Numbered from the stretch's first letter, positions 18,865-32,892 are shown. The stretch is DNA of 64,000 nt from the human T2T-CHM13v2.0 reference genome, Homo sapiens (GCF_009914755.1 NC_060928.1), one strand, 5' to 3'. Numbers and translations are program-made. Notes: generated from the sequence alone by a model not told the origin.

Positions 18865-20418
18865 TCAGATCCAATGCCCACTGTACTATCCTCCCGTGTA
18901 ATAGGTGCCCACAAATCTCCTCAACTTCAGGTCTCAGATTAGACATTGTTTCATCTCAGGAGCCTCCTTGACCCCTTACTGTGATTAGGTGCTTCTTGTC
19001 TCTGGCTATCTAGTTCCTGTATTTCACCCCTTTCATGTTATTTATCACATCAAGCTGTAAATTACTTGTTTACCTGACACTACCTAGATTGTAGATAGTG
19101 TGAGTGCAGGGATCACATCCACCTTGTTCTCTGATATACCCCCATGCCTGGCATATGGATGCTGTTCCAAAACCAAATTGAATGAATGAATGCATGAATG
19201 AATGAGTATCCATTCACCATCTCTTACTCTTAAGATAATCTTTGGGGTCTCTCTACTCTGTAATTTCCCAAAAAAGGTTTGGAAATTTGTTCCGCTTTGT
19301 CACCAATAATGCACATACTATAAAGCTCCCCTCCACAAATGGGTTTCTTTCCAAATGTTTGATGCTTTTCTAATTTTGTGACTCAGGCTTGTTGACTGGT
19401 TTTTGCCTCTGGGATCTGTCCTCCTGGTTTTAATTGTGGTCCCAAACTTGTGGTATAATTAGGATGTTGGAGACGGAAAAAGGATGGTGTAACTTTTACT
19501 TAACTGGGTGACATAGCTGAGTCGGTATTTCATAACTCCCTCTGTGGTACTCAAGCATAAAGAGCTTTAGCTCTATTACAGTGACTCTTTGTCAAAAACA
19601 TGTCATGGACCTCCCTTTACAGGTGCCACAATTTCCCTCCTCAAGATGGTATCAGTGTGACTCCAAGGACCAGGTGGACTTTATCCTCATTTTCCATTTT
19701 TCACTCCACAGCTTCATTGCAAAACCCCCACCGTTCTCCCACTTTTACCTCTACCTCTCATTTTCACCCTCAACACACATGACCTGCAATTCACAATCCC
19801 TGGAAGCAAAAGGTACACTGATGTAAATCTCAATGCATTTACACTGAGAGTTAGGTAGACTGTTCTGTCATACCCTGCAGTGCAAACAGGCTATATTTTT
19901 CTAACGTTCTAAACCAAGTTACACCTACTTCATGCCCTCCACTCAAAAGAGCCAAGAGTTGCCAAATCCCAGAAGTTTCTCTTGGTTTATTCTTGCCCCC
20001 TGAGTCACACAAGAAACTCAAGACTTATACACAGATCAGAAATTTGCAGGGAGGGCCCTGGCCCTCCATCCATCATTTCAATGATACCCACGAGCTACCT
20101 GTTACAAAATTCAATGCTAACTTTTCAGTCTTCATCTTACTCCAACCATCAGCAGCACCGAACATGGTTGATTTCTCCCTTTTCCCCAAAAAACTTTCTT
20201 TCCCATTCTCTGGCTTGTCCTTCCCTTTTTCTGGCTGCTTCTTCTCAGCACTTTGCTGATTCCTCCTCGTCTTCTCTCATTTTAAAGTTGGCATATCCCA
20301 GGCCTCCACTTTTAGCCCTCTTCTTTACCTTCACTCATTCTCTAGAGGAGCTCATCTGGTCCACAGCTCTAAATGTCATCAACCTACAATGATCATTTCC
20401 AAAGGAATCTCCAGTTCC

Positions 20419-20796
20419 AAATTGTATTTCTAAAAAAAGACAACCAGATTTGCTGTGGATTGAATGTGGGATTTTTAAAAAGAGGGAATTGCTAGTCAAG
20501 AATGACTCCAGGGTTTTTAGCCTAAGCAAACAGTGGCAATAGGCTGCCTACTTGACACCTCCACTTACATGTCCAATAGACAACTCAAATTTCAACATAT
20601 CTAAAACCTGATCTTTCCTTCCCCCCAGCCCAGCTTCATCCTCACTCTTTCCTATCTCAATAAATGACGATTTCATTGGCACTGTTTGCTTAGGCTAAAA
20701 ACCTCAGAGTCATTCTTGACTATCAATTCTCTCTTTTTAAAAATCCCACATTCAATCCACAGCAAATCTGGTTGTCTCTTTTTAGAAATATAATTT
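20419..20796. repeat. 122-bp inverted repeat (arms 20419-20540 and 20675-20796, 134-bp spacer)
   Basis: Manual alignment: 8 mismatches in 122 nt, no gaps. Confidence 0.95.
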
Positions 20797-20800
20797 CTCA

Positions 20801-21210
<410 letters not shown>

Positions 21211-22131
21211 AAATAATTTCTCACCTCCACCGCTGGGTCAACCCTATCTAGTCCAAGTCACCAGCATATTTTGGCTAAAAAGGGTCTATCTGTTTGAGGT
21301 CCAGTCTTATCCCCTTAGTCTAGTCTTTACATAGTAGCCAGAATGATCATTTTAAATCAAAAATCAAATTTCTATGCTCAAAATTACCTAATAGTTTTTC
21401 ATTACTGTGAGAATAAAATTAAAGCACTGCACAAGGATCTGCACAATATCTACATGGCATGGCTCTCTCTTTCCGGAACAGTCTTTGCCACATGCCCACA
21501 TGGCTCATTTCCTCACCTTCCTCATCTTTATTCAAATGCAACCTTCTCCCCAGGCCCTTCCCTGACCACCCCACATACAGTAGGGTCTCCATACCCCTAT
21601 CTCTCTGTCCCTTTGCCAGCTTTATTCTTCTTCATGGCCTTTAGCATGATCTGTCATAAATTTATTTATCTCTGTGCTGTCTGTCTTCCTCCCCTAACAA
21701 GTAAGCTCGGTGAGAGAAGGGACTTCTCTCTATTGTGTTCATGGCTCTGTCCTCCACTCCTAAACAGGAACTGGCTCAGACCAAAGGCTCTGTTGAGTGA
21801 AAGAATGATTGGCCACTGCTGCTACCTGTGGGGTCCACCACATAAAGGCATTAGCTGCCAGCAGACCCACCATACCCCCAACATGCTTTCATCTCAACAA
21901 AGTGAGGAGGTGATCAGCAGCAATGGGGCCACGGAGGTTGGCCTTTAAGTAATTGCTTCATTGCCTCACTCTACCTGAGTACATCCATCAGATCAACCGG
22001 ACCAGAATTTATTGTGCCTGACAGTTAGGAACCTGAGGTTCTGGTCCTGATGCTACCTCTGTCCTGCTGCATGGTCTCAGCTATGTTGTTTAAACTCACT
22101 GGGCCTTAAAATGAAGCCAGATGATCAAGTG

Positions 22132-22413
<282 letters not shown>

Positions 22414-23659
22414 GAAGTCAGTGATTTTTTTTCTTTAATGTGAAAGAAATAGAGTACATAGTTTTTGCACTCAAAAAATGCCGAATCTAGCAGAGGAAGT
22501 TGTCCCCACACCAATGAAAGAGGTGTCGCCTTTGAAGACAGGACATACTGAGTCTGCTCAGTAAAGGCTGTCAGAGTTCAGGAAATGATTTGCAGAGGAA
22601 GGCGCCTTACTGGTCCTTGGGGACGGGTCTATGCAGCCCAAGCATCTGTGCAGTTACACAATGTGCTTATGAGCGTGGGTGGCCCTTCTAGCCATCCGCT
22701 GGGGATGGGACTACTCGTGGGTAGCCTGGTAGATGTGGCCATGCAGAGGGGTAGCACATTGAGATGAGATGACCTGGGTGAAGCTCACTGTTGTGTCCAA
22801 GTTGGAAGTGACACAGCTCAGCAGTGGGACACACGAGGGGAATCCCAACACCACCAGCTATGAGATGTCTGGCCTCAGTTTTCTTAGCATGAACATAGCA
22901 CTGCTCTCGTAAAATGGTTATGAGGGTTCAGTAAAATACAGCATACAAAGTGCTTAGCATAAAGCATGGTAGACAGTAAGTGCTCAATAAAGGTTAACAG
23001 TAGCCTTGTTTTATTACTGTTAGTGTGTGCCCTGGAGCATTCTTTCTGAGTTGGGCTAAATATAGTCTCACCCCCTGCACTCATTTCACTGGAGACACCG
23101 GTCAGAAAACTGTGAGAATCTGGCAAGTGTGGAGTTGGCCACCTTTCCAAAGGGATGTGCCAAGGTCCTGGCCTCGGCGCCAGGGGCCACGTGGCTGGAA
23201 GGAGCTGCCTCTGGGAGCAGAGTTACGACTGCAGGATGGGGGAGGGGCTCAGTTAAGGGCCCAGGGCTCCCGCTGGCCACCAGGAGCACAGGAAGAGGGC
23301 CAGCCAACAGGTTCTCAGAACAGGCATGCAGTGACAGCTCTTGGCTGTCTTTCTCAAGCAGTGGCAGGTGTGCACTTATCTTTAGCAAGGAGAAGAGATG
23401 TGGGAGCAGCTCCGGCCCTGTGCCATCTTTCACTGCCAGCTGCCAGTGTGGAGTATAGGACATTGCCTCACCCTCTGCACAGTGTAGAAGAACCCAACAC
23501 AGACCATGGAGGGCCCATGAGGCTGGATTAGCAGCTGCAATTCTGGAGTCAGGCTCCTGGGTTGACTATGTGGGATTCCTTTTTAGCTTTTCTTATTGCC
23601 CTCTCCTTGCCCCACCGCACAGTCCTACATTGCTGCAGTTGTCAAACTTTCAAATGGGA

Positions 23660-24058
23660 GCTGGGCGGCATGGCATGAGCCTGTAATCCTAGCTACTTGG
23701 CAGGTGGGGATTCCAGACCAGCCTGGGCAACATAGAGAGACACCATCTAAAAAAAATTTTTTTTGTTTTGTTTTTGGAGATAGAGTCTTACTCTATTGCC
23801 CAGGCTGGAGTGCAGCGGTACAGTCTCAGCTCACTGTAACCTCCACCTCCCAGGTTAAAGCAATTCTCCTGCCTCAGCCTCCTGAGTAGCTGGGATTATA
23901 GGCATGCACTACCACTCCTGGCTAATTTTTGTATTTTTAGTAGAGACAGGGTTTCACCATGTTGGCCAGGCTGGTTTCAAACTCCTGACCTCAAGTGATC
24001 TGCTCACTTCATCCTCCCAAAATGCTGGGATTACAGACATGAGCCGCCACACCCAGCC
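23660..24058. mobile_element. Degraded Alu monomer (+, 23660-23755) with an AluS (-, 23758-24058) inserted in its tail
   Basis: TSD taaaaaaaatttttt flanks the antisense Alu. Confidence 0.85.
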
Positions 24059-27000
24059 TAAAAAAATTTTTTAAGAAAAAAAAAACTTCTAAATGAAACT
24101 CAAGTTACAAAGAATAAGTAATCCATTCAGTCTGTTGAGTTGAGTAAATATGATATATGCGTATTTTTTTATAAATTACACATAGATGAACATGTGGCAT
24201 ATAGTCTTATACCTAAAATAAGTGGATAATATGGTAGTCTACGTGAAAACACTAAAAGCTTTACTACCTCTCTTCTAGAAAATCCCAACTGCCACTACTG
24301 CCTCCCACTTCTCCCCAAAATGAAAAGATTTCGAACATTCTAATGTACACAGTTCCATCATGGCTACAATGATTATTTTCTTTCAAAGCAATGGTTTTCA
24401 TTTGCCAAGATTGATTTATTTTTGTTTAGTGTTTTTTCGCCCTTGGTGTGACAAGTCTTGGTGATAACTTTAGCAAGAAGAGGGACTGTGACTATCCTTG
24501 TGAAATTAGCAGTTGCTTCAAATCATCTTCTTCCTCCATAGATCCAGATTTATTCCTCCCCCTCCCAGGAGCTCACTGTGGTGCTCTGCTTTCCGAGAGT
24601 TTATGTGTAACTTCCTTTGCTGTGGAGGCCAGGCTCTAGGTTAACTTCTGGAAGTATCTTTGGAAAGTAATTCTCAGGCATAACTCCAAGAAAAAGAGAC
24701 ACATGGTGAGGAACTGACATAATTTTTTAACACCACAACCAGCATATTTCTGCAGGCAACAGCAGCCAAAATGGGTTGCCAAGACCAATATTGATCTAGT
24801 CCTTCATCCAGTCAACAAATGCCATTGTTTATAAGATATAATTTTTTTTGGTTAAAGTTCAAAGTTAAACTCCAAGGATTTTCAAAACTATAAAAACGAA
24901 AGGCTTTCATACCCTCAAAAAAAAAAAAAAAAAAATCCTGGCCAGTTTTCCTCCTTCACGGGTTTTCGCAGTCACTACAAGAAATACAGCCAAGAAAACA
25001 CTTTTTTGGTCTTTTTTTTTCTGAATTCTGGTAGTTTTTTAAAGGAGGATTGTACTAAATGCCTAAGTAAAGGTCCCCTCAAATTCTATACCTGTTCTGA
25101 AAAATCATGAACTCCAGTTGCACAGGTAACTAAGGTCTGCTTTTCTGCTCCAGGGCTGCCCACCTGCAGAATTCCATAAATCAATTCCCCCTTTTCCAGG
25201 TTTAGATTCAAGCAGTGCTCTCCATTCCCACCTCTCCTTTTAGTATGGAAATGACAGAGTTTTACTAAGCCCCTGGAGTAAGGCACAGGGTTTTGTGGTT
25301 CACGTCTGATTCTGAAATGGAAAACCTTAGCAAATAAATGGTGAGCAGATGGTGCTTTGTAAACCAGTTCCTCATGGTTTTTCTATATCCACTTCTGGGA
25401 GCTGTTGTCAGCAATGAGCAAGCCGGGTTTAGGATGGAGAACCAGGGTGGGATAATAATGAGATTTATGAGATGTCAAGTTGGACAGTGTCTTTTGTGTG
25501 TGTGTGTGTTTCTAAAAAAAAATAGGGTTAACAGAGGTCACACCTTCTTCTCCATGTCAGTCTTCCCCGCAAAGCACCTAGCCAAGTGGATTGCACACAC
25601 ACACGGTGGTGTTAGCTGATGGATGGATCGATTGTTCATTTTGGATGCCTATGTTATACTGATTCATTCCTGTGGAGATGTCTTAGTTCACTTTTCTAGT
25701 TTGGAGAACATGTGAGCTAAGGATAAAGATGAGCATTTGTTCTGGACACAGACGTGTGTTGAGCTCCTATCCTATGCCAAGCTCTCGTTTAGGCACTTGG
25801 GGTACATCCCTGAATACAACAGAGAAGCAATGCCTGCCCTTGGGGAGCTGATGCTCTGCTGGGGAGAGGGGGTAAATTACAAACAACGATTGCATTTTTA
25901 GAGGAGATGCTTTGAGTATATTTATATGTCATCACAGAAAAGTCAGGCAAGTCATGACTCTGCACTTGGACACAGCAATGGGATTCTGGAAACCACAACA
26001 ACACACCAAATGCATGAGCCGTCAGGAGGCCAGGAACCGAGAAGCTCATTTTGAGCAGAGACTTGTTGTGGCAGCACTGACAGCTCACACCTGTATAGAA
26101 CTTTCCAGTTTGCCAAGAGCTTTCCACAGACACTGTTTCCTATGGTCCTCACAATTGCCCTGCCAGATGGGCAGCAATTAGCCTTTCAGTCCTGCAGATG
26201 AGGAAACTAGGGTTTCAAGACCAAGAGTGACTTGCACAAGATCTGGCAGGACTGGGCTTCAAGCGCAACAGAATAATAGCAACAGTGTTTGCTACAATAG
26301 TGTTTACTACGTGCTTGGTGCTACTCTAAATGCTCTATATGAAGTAATCCATTTCAGTCCTTAAAACATCCCAATGAGATAGATACAACTATCTTCCCAT
26401 CTTGCAGATGAGATATTTGAGGCACAGAGTGGTTGAGTCATTTACCTAAGTTCCCACTGATAAAAAGTGCAGAAGTTTGGATTCAAACGCAGATCATGCA
26501 AACCTAAGCAGCCTCCTGAAATGGTAGCTACAGATCTGGGCCCAAGGGCATTGCACTCTCTCTAGTGCAGAAGAGAAGGCTGATCCATTAATAGGCTGGC
26601 CAGGAACACATGAATAGCCACACAGTCAGAGATGTCACCATCTATCACAAAGAACAATAGTCTTTCTGTGCTAATAATATATTTCAAGAGTGATAATGAC
26701 ATTAAGTAAGAGGGAGACAAACTGAAAGGATTTTTAAATTGTCTGAAGATCCCTTTGCCACAAGCCATATATCCTATTATGATGAACCCAGTTTATCCAT
26801 TGCTCCTTTGAATTAACAGACCATGATTTGCACAATTTTCTTGCTTAATTTTGACCACCCTGTGATTTTTTTTCTGAACTCTTGTTGTACTGAGCCTTCA
26901 CAAGACAATATTCCATGTAAATAGACATTGCTCTGTACTCTTACATACATTGTCCATGTGTGCCCAGCCTGTCTCCCCAAACAAATTACAAGACACTCAG

Positions 27001-27215
27001 TGACTGGGAGCTCTGTCATATGACTTCATTGGCCATTTAGCCCTAACCTAGGGTGGCAGGGATAAGATAGTAGATATTCAATATTTGTTAACTGCTTAAA
27101 TTATAGTCTTTCAGTTGAATTCTCAGTAGCTTCTGCAGAAGTATTTGTGCTTGTTCCTTATTCATTTTTTCTTTGTTTTGTTGCAGCTAGAACTGTAAAT
27201 ATTCAGATATAAAGA

Positions 27216-27421
27216 CAGTATGCTAGAAAATGTTTAATAACCAGCATTACAGAAAAAAAAAATATATATATATATATATATAAAAGCATTTACCATAGTA
27301 AAAATACTCTCAACATGGCCTATTTCAAGCTACCGGCATGATGTCAACTGGCTTGCAAAATGCCTGAAAGTTAAAATGTTGATTCTATTAAGTTGGTATG
27401 GGTGGCTCTAAAACACGGCAG
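27216..27421 (+). mobile_element. MER63A-like hAT MITE with internal (TA)n
   Basis: 'aaatgtttaataacc…atggcctatttcaagctacc…caactggcttgcaaaatgcctgaaa'. Confidence 0.7.
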
Positions 27422-27705
27422 TTTCTTCCAAAATATGATCTTTGCTGATGTGGTGACTTTTGGTTTTCTTTCTCAATAAAGGCTTTCTTAGTGAAGGATT
27501 ATACCCAGGTTTGCCTAAAATACAAGATTTTCGGTTTGTGTTTATGATAATTTGAAATACAAACCTAGTAAGTAATGCAGCAATTACTTAGTCATTCCAG
27601 GGTCAAGTTGTGGAAAAAAGTTTTGTGTTTAAATTAATGAAGCTTAAAAAACAATCAAAATCTACACTCTTAAGCCAATCAAACAATCAAGTGACATCCT
27701 ATCTC

Positions 27706-30298
27706 CTCCCTTCCTCCTTCCCTGTCTCCCTCCCTTCCTCCTTCCCTGTCTCCCTCCCTTCCTCCTTCCGTCTCCCCCTCCCTTCCTCCTTCCCTCTCCC
27801 CCTTCCTTCCTCCTTCCCTCTCTCCCTCCCTTCCTCCTTCCCTCTCTCCCTCCCTTCCTCCTTCCCTCTCCCCCTTCCTTCCTCCTTCCCTCTCTCCCTC
27901 CCTTCCTCCTTCCCTCTCTCCCTCTCTTCCTCCTTCCCTCTCTCCCTCCCTTCCTCCTTCCCTCTCTCCCTCCCTTCCTCCTTCCCCCTCTCCCTCCCTT
28001 CCTCCTTCCCTCTCTCCCTCCCTTCCTCCTTCCCTGTCTCCCTCCCTTCCTCCTTCCCTCTCTCCCTCCCTTCCTCCTTCCCTGTCTCCCTCCCTTCCTC
28101 CTTCCCTCTCTCCCTCCCTTCCTCCTTCCCCCTCTCCCTCCCTTCCTCCTTCCCTCTCTCCCTCCCTTCCTCCTTCCCTGTCTCCCTCCCTTCCTCCTTC
28201 CCTCTCTCCCTCCCTTCCTCCTTCCCCCTCTCCCTCCCTTCCTCCTTCCCTCTCTCCCTCCCTTCCTCCTTCCCTCTCTCCCTCCCTTCCTCCTTCCCTG
28301 TCTCCCTCCCTTCCTCCTTCCCTCTCTCCCTCCCTTCCTCCTTCCCCCTCTCCCTCCCTTCCTCCTTCCCTCTCTCCCTCCCTTCCTCCTTCCCTCTCTC
28401 CCTCCCTTCCTCCTTCCCTGTCTCCCTCCCTTCCTCCTTCCCTCTCCCCCTTCCTTCCTCCTTCCCTCTCTCCCTCCCTTCCTCCTTCCCTCTCTCCCTC
28501 TCTTCCTCCTTCCCTCTCTCCCTCCCTTCCTCCTTCCCTCTCTCCCTCCCTTCCTCCTTCCCCCTCTCCCTCCCTTCCTCCTTCCCTCTCTCCCTCCCTT
28601 CCTCCTTCCCCCTCTCCCTCCCTTCCTCCTTCCCTCTCTCCCTCCCTTCCTCCTTCCCTCTCTCCCTCCCTTCCTCCTTCCCTCTCTCCCTCCCTTCCTC
28701 CTTCCCTGTCTCCCTCCCTTCCTCCTTCCGTCTCCCCCTCCCTTCCTCCTTCCGTCTCCCCCTCCCTTCCTCCTTCCCTCTCCCCCTTCCTTCCTCCTTC
28801 CGTCTCCCCCTCCCTTCCTCCTTCCCTCTCCCCCTTCCTTCCTCTTTCCCTCTCCCCCTTCCTTCCTCCTTCCGTCTCCCCCTCCCTTCCTCCTTCCCTC
28901 TCCCCCTTCCTTCCTCTTTCCCTCTCCCCCTTCCTTCCTCCTTCCCTCTCTCCCTCCCTTCCTCCTTCCCTCTCTCCCTCCCTTCCTCCTTCCCTCTCTC
29001 CCTCCCTTCCTCCTTCCCTCTCTCCCTCCCTTCCTCCTTCCCTCTCTCCCTCCCTTCCTCCTTCCCTCTCTCCCTCCCTTCCTCCTTCCCTGTCTCCCTC
29101 CCTTCCTCCTTCCGTCTCCCCCTCCCTTCCTCCTTCCCTCTCCCCCTCCCTTCCTCCTTCCCTCTCTCCCTCCCTTCCTCCTTCCCTCTCTCCCTCCCTT
29201 CCTCCTTCCCTGTCTCCCTCCCTTCCTCCTTCCCTCTCCCCCTTCCTTCCTCCTTCCCTCTCCCCCTCCCTTCCTCCTTCCCTCTCCCCCTTCCTTCCTC
29301 CTTCCCTGTCTCCCTCCCTTCCTCCTTCCCTCTCTCCCTCCCTTCCTCCTTCCCTCTCTCCCTCCCTTCCTCCTTCCCTGTCTCCCTCCCTTCCTCCTTC
29401 CCTCTCCCCCTTCCTTCCTCCTTCCCTCTCTCCCTCCCTTCCTCCTTCCCTCTCTCCCTCCCTTCCTCCTTCCCTGTCTCCCTCCCTTCCTCCTTCCCTC
29501 TCCCCCTTCCTTCCTCCTTCCCTCTCCCCCTCCCTTCCTCCTTCCCTCTCCCCCTCCCTTCCTCCTTCCCTCTCTCCCTCCCTTCCTCCTTCCCTCTCTC
29601 CCTCCCTTCCTCCTTCCCTGTCTCCCTCCCTTCCTCCTTCCCTCTCCCCCTTCCTTCCTCCTTCCCTCTCTCCCTCCCTTCCTCCTTCCCTCTCTCCCTC
29701 CCTTCCTCCTTCCCTGTCTCCCTCCCTTCCTCCTTCCCTCTCCCCCTTCCTTCCTCCTTCCCTCTCCCCCTCCCTTCCTCCTTCCCTCTCCCCCTTCCTT
29801 CCTCCTTCCCTCTCTCCCTCCCTTCCTCCTTCCCTCTCTCCCTCCCTTCCTCCTTCCCTCTCTCCCTCCCTTCCTCCTTCCCTCTCCCCCTCCCTTCCTC
29901 CTTCCCTGTCTCCCTCCCTTCCTCCTTCCGTCTCCCCCTCCCTTCCTCCTTCCCTCTCTCCCTCCCTTCCTCCTTCCCTCTCTCCCTCCCTTCCTCCTTC
30001 CCTGTCTCCCTCCCTTCCTCCTTCCGTCTCCCCCTCCCTTCCTCCTTCCCTCTGTCCCTCCCTTCCTCCTTCCCTCTCTCCCTCCCTTCCTCCTTCCCTG
30101 TCTCCCTCCCTTCCTCCTTCCCTCTCCCCCTTCCTTCCTCCTTCCCTCTCTCCCTCCCTTCCTCCTTCCCTCTCTCCCTCCCTTCCTCTTTCCCTCTCTC
30201 CCTCCCTTCCTCCTTCCCTCTCTCCCTCCCTTCCTCCTTCCCTCTCCCCCCTTCCTTCCTCCTTCCCTCTCTCCCTCCCTTCCTCCTTCCCTCTCTCC
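27706..30298. repeat. 24-bp polypyrimidine VNTR, 108 units, consensus CTCCCTTCCTCCTTCCCTCTCTCC
   Basis: 106 in-register units 27706-30249 (2544 nt), one extra C, then 2 more units; no A on the + strand. Confidence 0.98.
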
Positions 30299-31074
30299 CT
30301 TCCTTGCTTTTTCTTTTCCCATTCCCTCACCTCCTTTCCCATTCATATCATTTTCATTTTGGGTGGGAAGTTTTGCTCTTTTGGTAACATTTCTGGGGTA
30401 AGAAAACACTTTCAAGACCAACAATCTTGCCACCCTAAAACCATATGAGGACCCACTGTAGAGTTTTAAACAACTATTGGATTGATTTTGCTTCTAGCTG
30501 TCTTCCAGGAAGTCTTTCTTCTTCTACTTCAGCTTTTCATTCAGAATTCCTAATGTGTCCTTAATGGGATACAAAACCACAATCGTTTTAGGGGATAAAA
30601 GATAACTCTCAACACAGATCCAAGAGTTTGACAGTGTTCTACAGTGGGAATATAGTCTTCCCTGAATTTAGGAAGATTGTAACTGCCGGTTCTTTCCCTT
30701 TCCGCACAGGATCCCCTCCTCTTCACTAAACCTCTAGTTAGGAGAATTTCTATTTGGTGTGTGAGTTGAGGGAGGGAGAAGAGGTTGAAGTCTATCCACA
30801 TGTAGAAACTAGCTCCTTTACAACTTGTCTAATGGGGCCCACCTGGGTGCAGAGAGCAGCAGAGGGCAATCGCATCAATTTAAAGCCATTCCAATCGCAT
30901 CAAAAATCATTGTTAGTATTATTTAAAAGAAGCTATATGACGTTAATCATTTTTCAAAAGGAAGCTAACTAAAAACATTTTTATTTCAAATATCAATGAG
31001 GCTTTTAATTAAATTTGTCATGGCAAAACTCATTTGTTCTTGATTACACTACTTTTCAAACCCTTAAGCCAGCT

Positions 31075-31089
31075 TTCTTTCTTTTTTCT

Positions 31090-31137
<48 letters not shown>

Positions 31138-31209
31138 TCCTTCTTTCCTTCTTTCCTTCTTTCCTTCTTTCTTTCCTTCTTTACTTCTTTACTTCTTTCC
31201 TTCTTTCCT

Positions 31210-31285
<76 letters not shown>

Positions 31286-31288
31286 TTC
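31075..31288. repeat. Compound (TTTC)n/(CTTC) microsatellite
   Basis: Two TTTC runs separated by interrupted units. Confidence 0.97.
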
Positions 31289-32207
31289 TCCTGTGTGTCT
31301 GGCTCTTTTATTGGTGTGCCAGTGAAAAGCCTAGTTATGGGTACTTTCAACCGAAGAGCCTGGATGAAAGCTTTTTCTGAAGTACTAGGCATTCTCCACT
31401 TGGTTTTGTATTGTGATTTATTTTTCTCCTTAAGTAGTCCATAAGCTTCTTGTAAGCAGAAGCAAAGTAATTTCATTTTTCCCACAGAGCCCCTGTGCTG
31501 TGCAGAGCACAGGTGTATAGACTCCCATAACTTTCAAAGCTAGAAGGGTCATTGGTGAGATTTTCCAACCCAGATTATTGTTACTTTGATCCATGGAAAT
31601 AGCCTTACTCAAGGTGTCTGTAAACCCTCTGAAATTATATAGAAAGTACCATATGCACGTGTATGTGTGCAATGTACATATGTGTAGTAGCACTTTTCTG
31701 TACATATGCCTAGTAGCACTTTTCTGGGGACAAATACTCATCAGATATTCAAAAATGTTAAAGATCTATCACTCTACTCAAGGCCCACACAGCCCCAAAG
31801 ACAGTACTGTGTCGTCCATAAACCTCCAGGGAATTGGAAAGTATTAGAGAGGAACTGAGTTTCTCTGGGGAGAAAATAGATATTTACACAATAAATAATC
31901 ATTGTATCTCTACAGGGATTGTTTATTATTTGCTCATTTATATTTGAGATGTATTTCACATACCATAGATTCACCTCTGTAAATAATTCACCTCTGTAAA
32001 TTCAGTAGTTTTTAATATATTCATAAAGTTGCACGACCATCATCAATTTATCATAAGTATGATTTATTGAGAGCCTTCGCACCAAGCACCATCCTTAGTG
32101 CAGTGGATACAGCGGTGGGAACATGAGGGACAACATGTCTGCCCTCCAGAAACTCACCTTCCATTCGGGTAGACAGCAAACAAAGAATCAAATAATTATA
32201 CCCTACC

Positions 32208-32620
32208 TGTTATAGGTTAAATTGTGTCCCTCTCCAAATCCATATGTTGAAGTCTGAACCTCTAATGCCCCTTAATATGATCTTATTTAGAAATAGGGTC
32301 ATTATAGAAGTAATTAGTTAAGATGAGATCATACTGGAGTACAGTAGACCATCCAATATGACTGGTGTCCTTACGAAAAGGAAAAATTTGGACACAGAGC
32401 GAAGTCCACCTGAAGACGAAGGCAGAGACGGGGGTGATGCGCCAGATGCCAAGGATCACCAAAGATTGCCAGCAAGCACAGAAGCCAGGGGAAGTGTGGG
32501 AACAGAGCATCCCTCAGAGCCCTCAGAAGGAGCCAACTCTGCTGATGCCCTGATCTCAGACTTCTAGTCACCCAGTTTGTGGCACTTTTTGTTACAACAA
32601 CCCTAGCAAACTAATATACA
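32208..32620 (+). mobile_element. MaLR LTR, MLT1B/C-like, inside L2
   Basis: TG…CA ends; 'aattgtgtccc…aagatgagatcatactggagta…gccctcagaaggagccaac…ccctagcaaactaat'. Confidence 0.82.
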
Positions 32621-32729
32621 CCTCATTTCAGCTTGTGATCCTCCCCGCTACAATGGAAATTATAATAACCCATATGACCGATGGAAAAAGTGGCTAATTT
32701 TACTTTTAACATAGGGTGGTCAGGGAAGA

Positions 32730-32892
32730 TGTGATATTATTTTATTATATACATATGCAGGTTTCTGTCCATGGTTCCTGGCTCATAACTTCCATGGCTC
32801 TTGTTACAGGCTATTATTACAATGTTGGGGCATTTTAAGCCTCAGAAACAGGCCTCAGAAAACAGATTCTCCCTTTCTCATCTTCTCCTGCC

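Noticed and set aside
21343-21948. 201-aa ORF
   Set aside because: Lies over a decayed L2 3' region; no recognisable protein.
27706-30298. CRISPR-like array
   Set aside because: Head-to-tail units with no unique spacers, eukaryotic context, no cas genes.
27610-30433. 887-925 aa ORFs as protein-coding genes
   Set aside because: They coincide with the 24-bp VNTR; the missing A (+) or T (-) prevents stop codons. No domain or splice structure.
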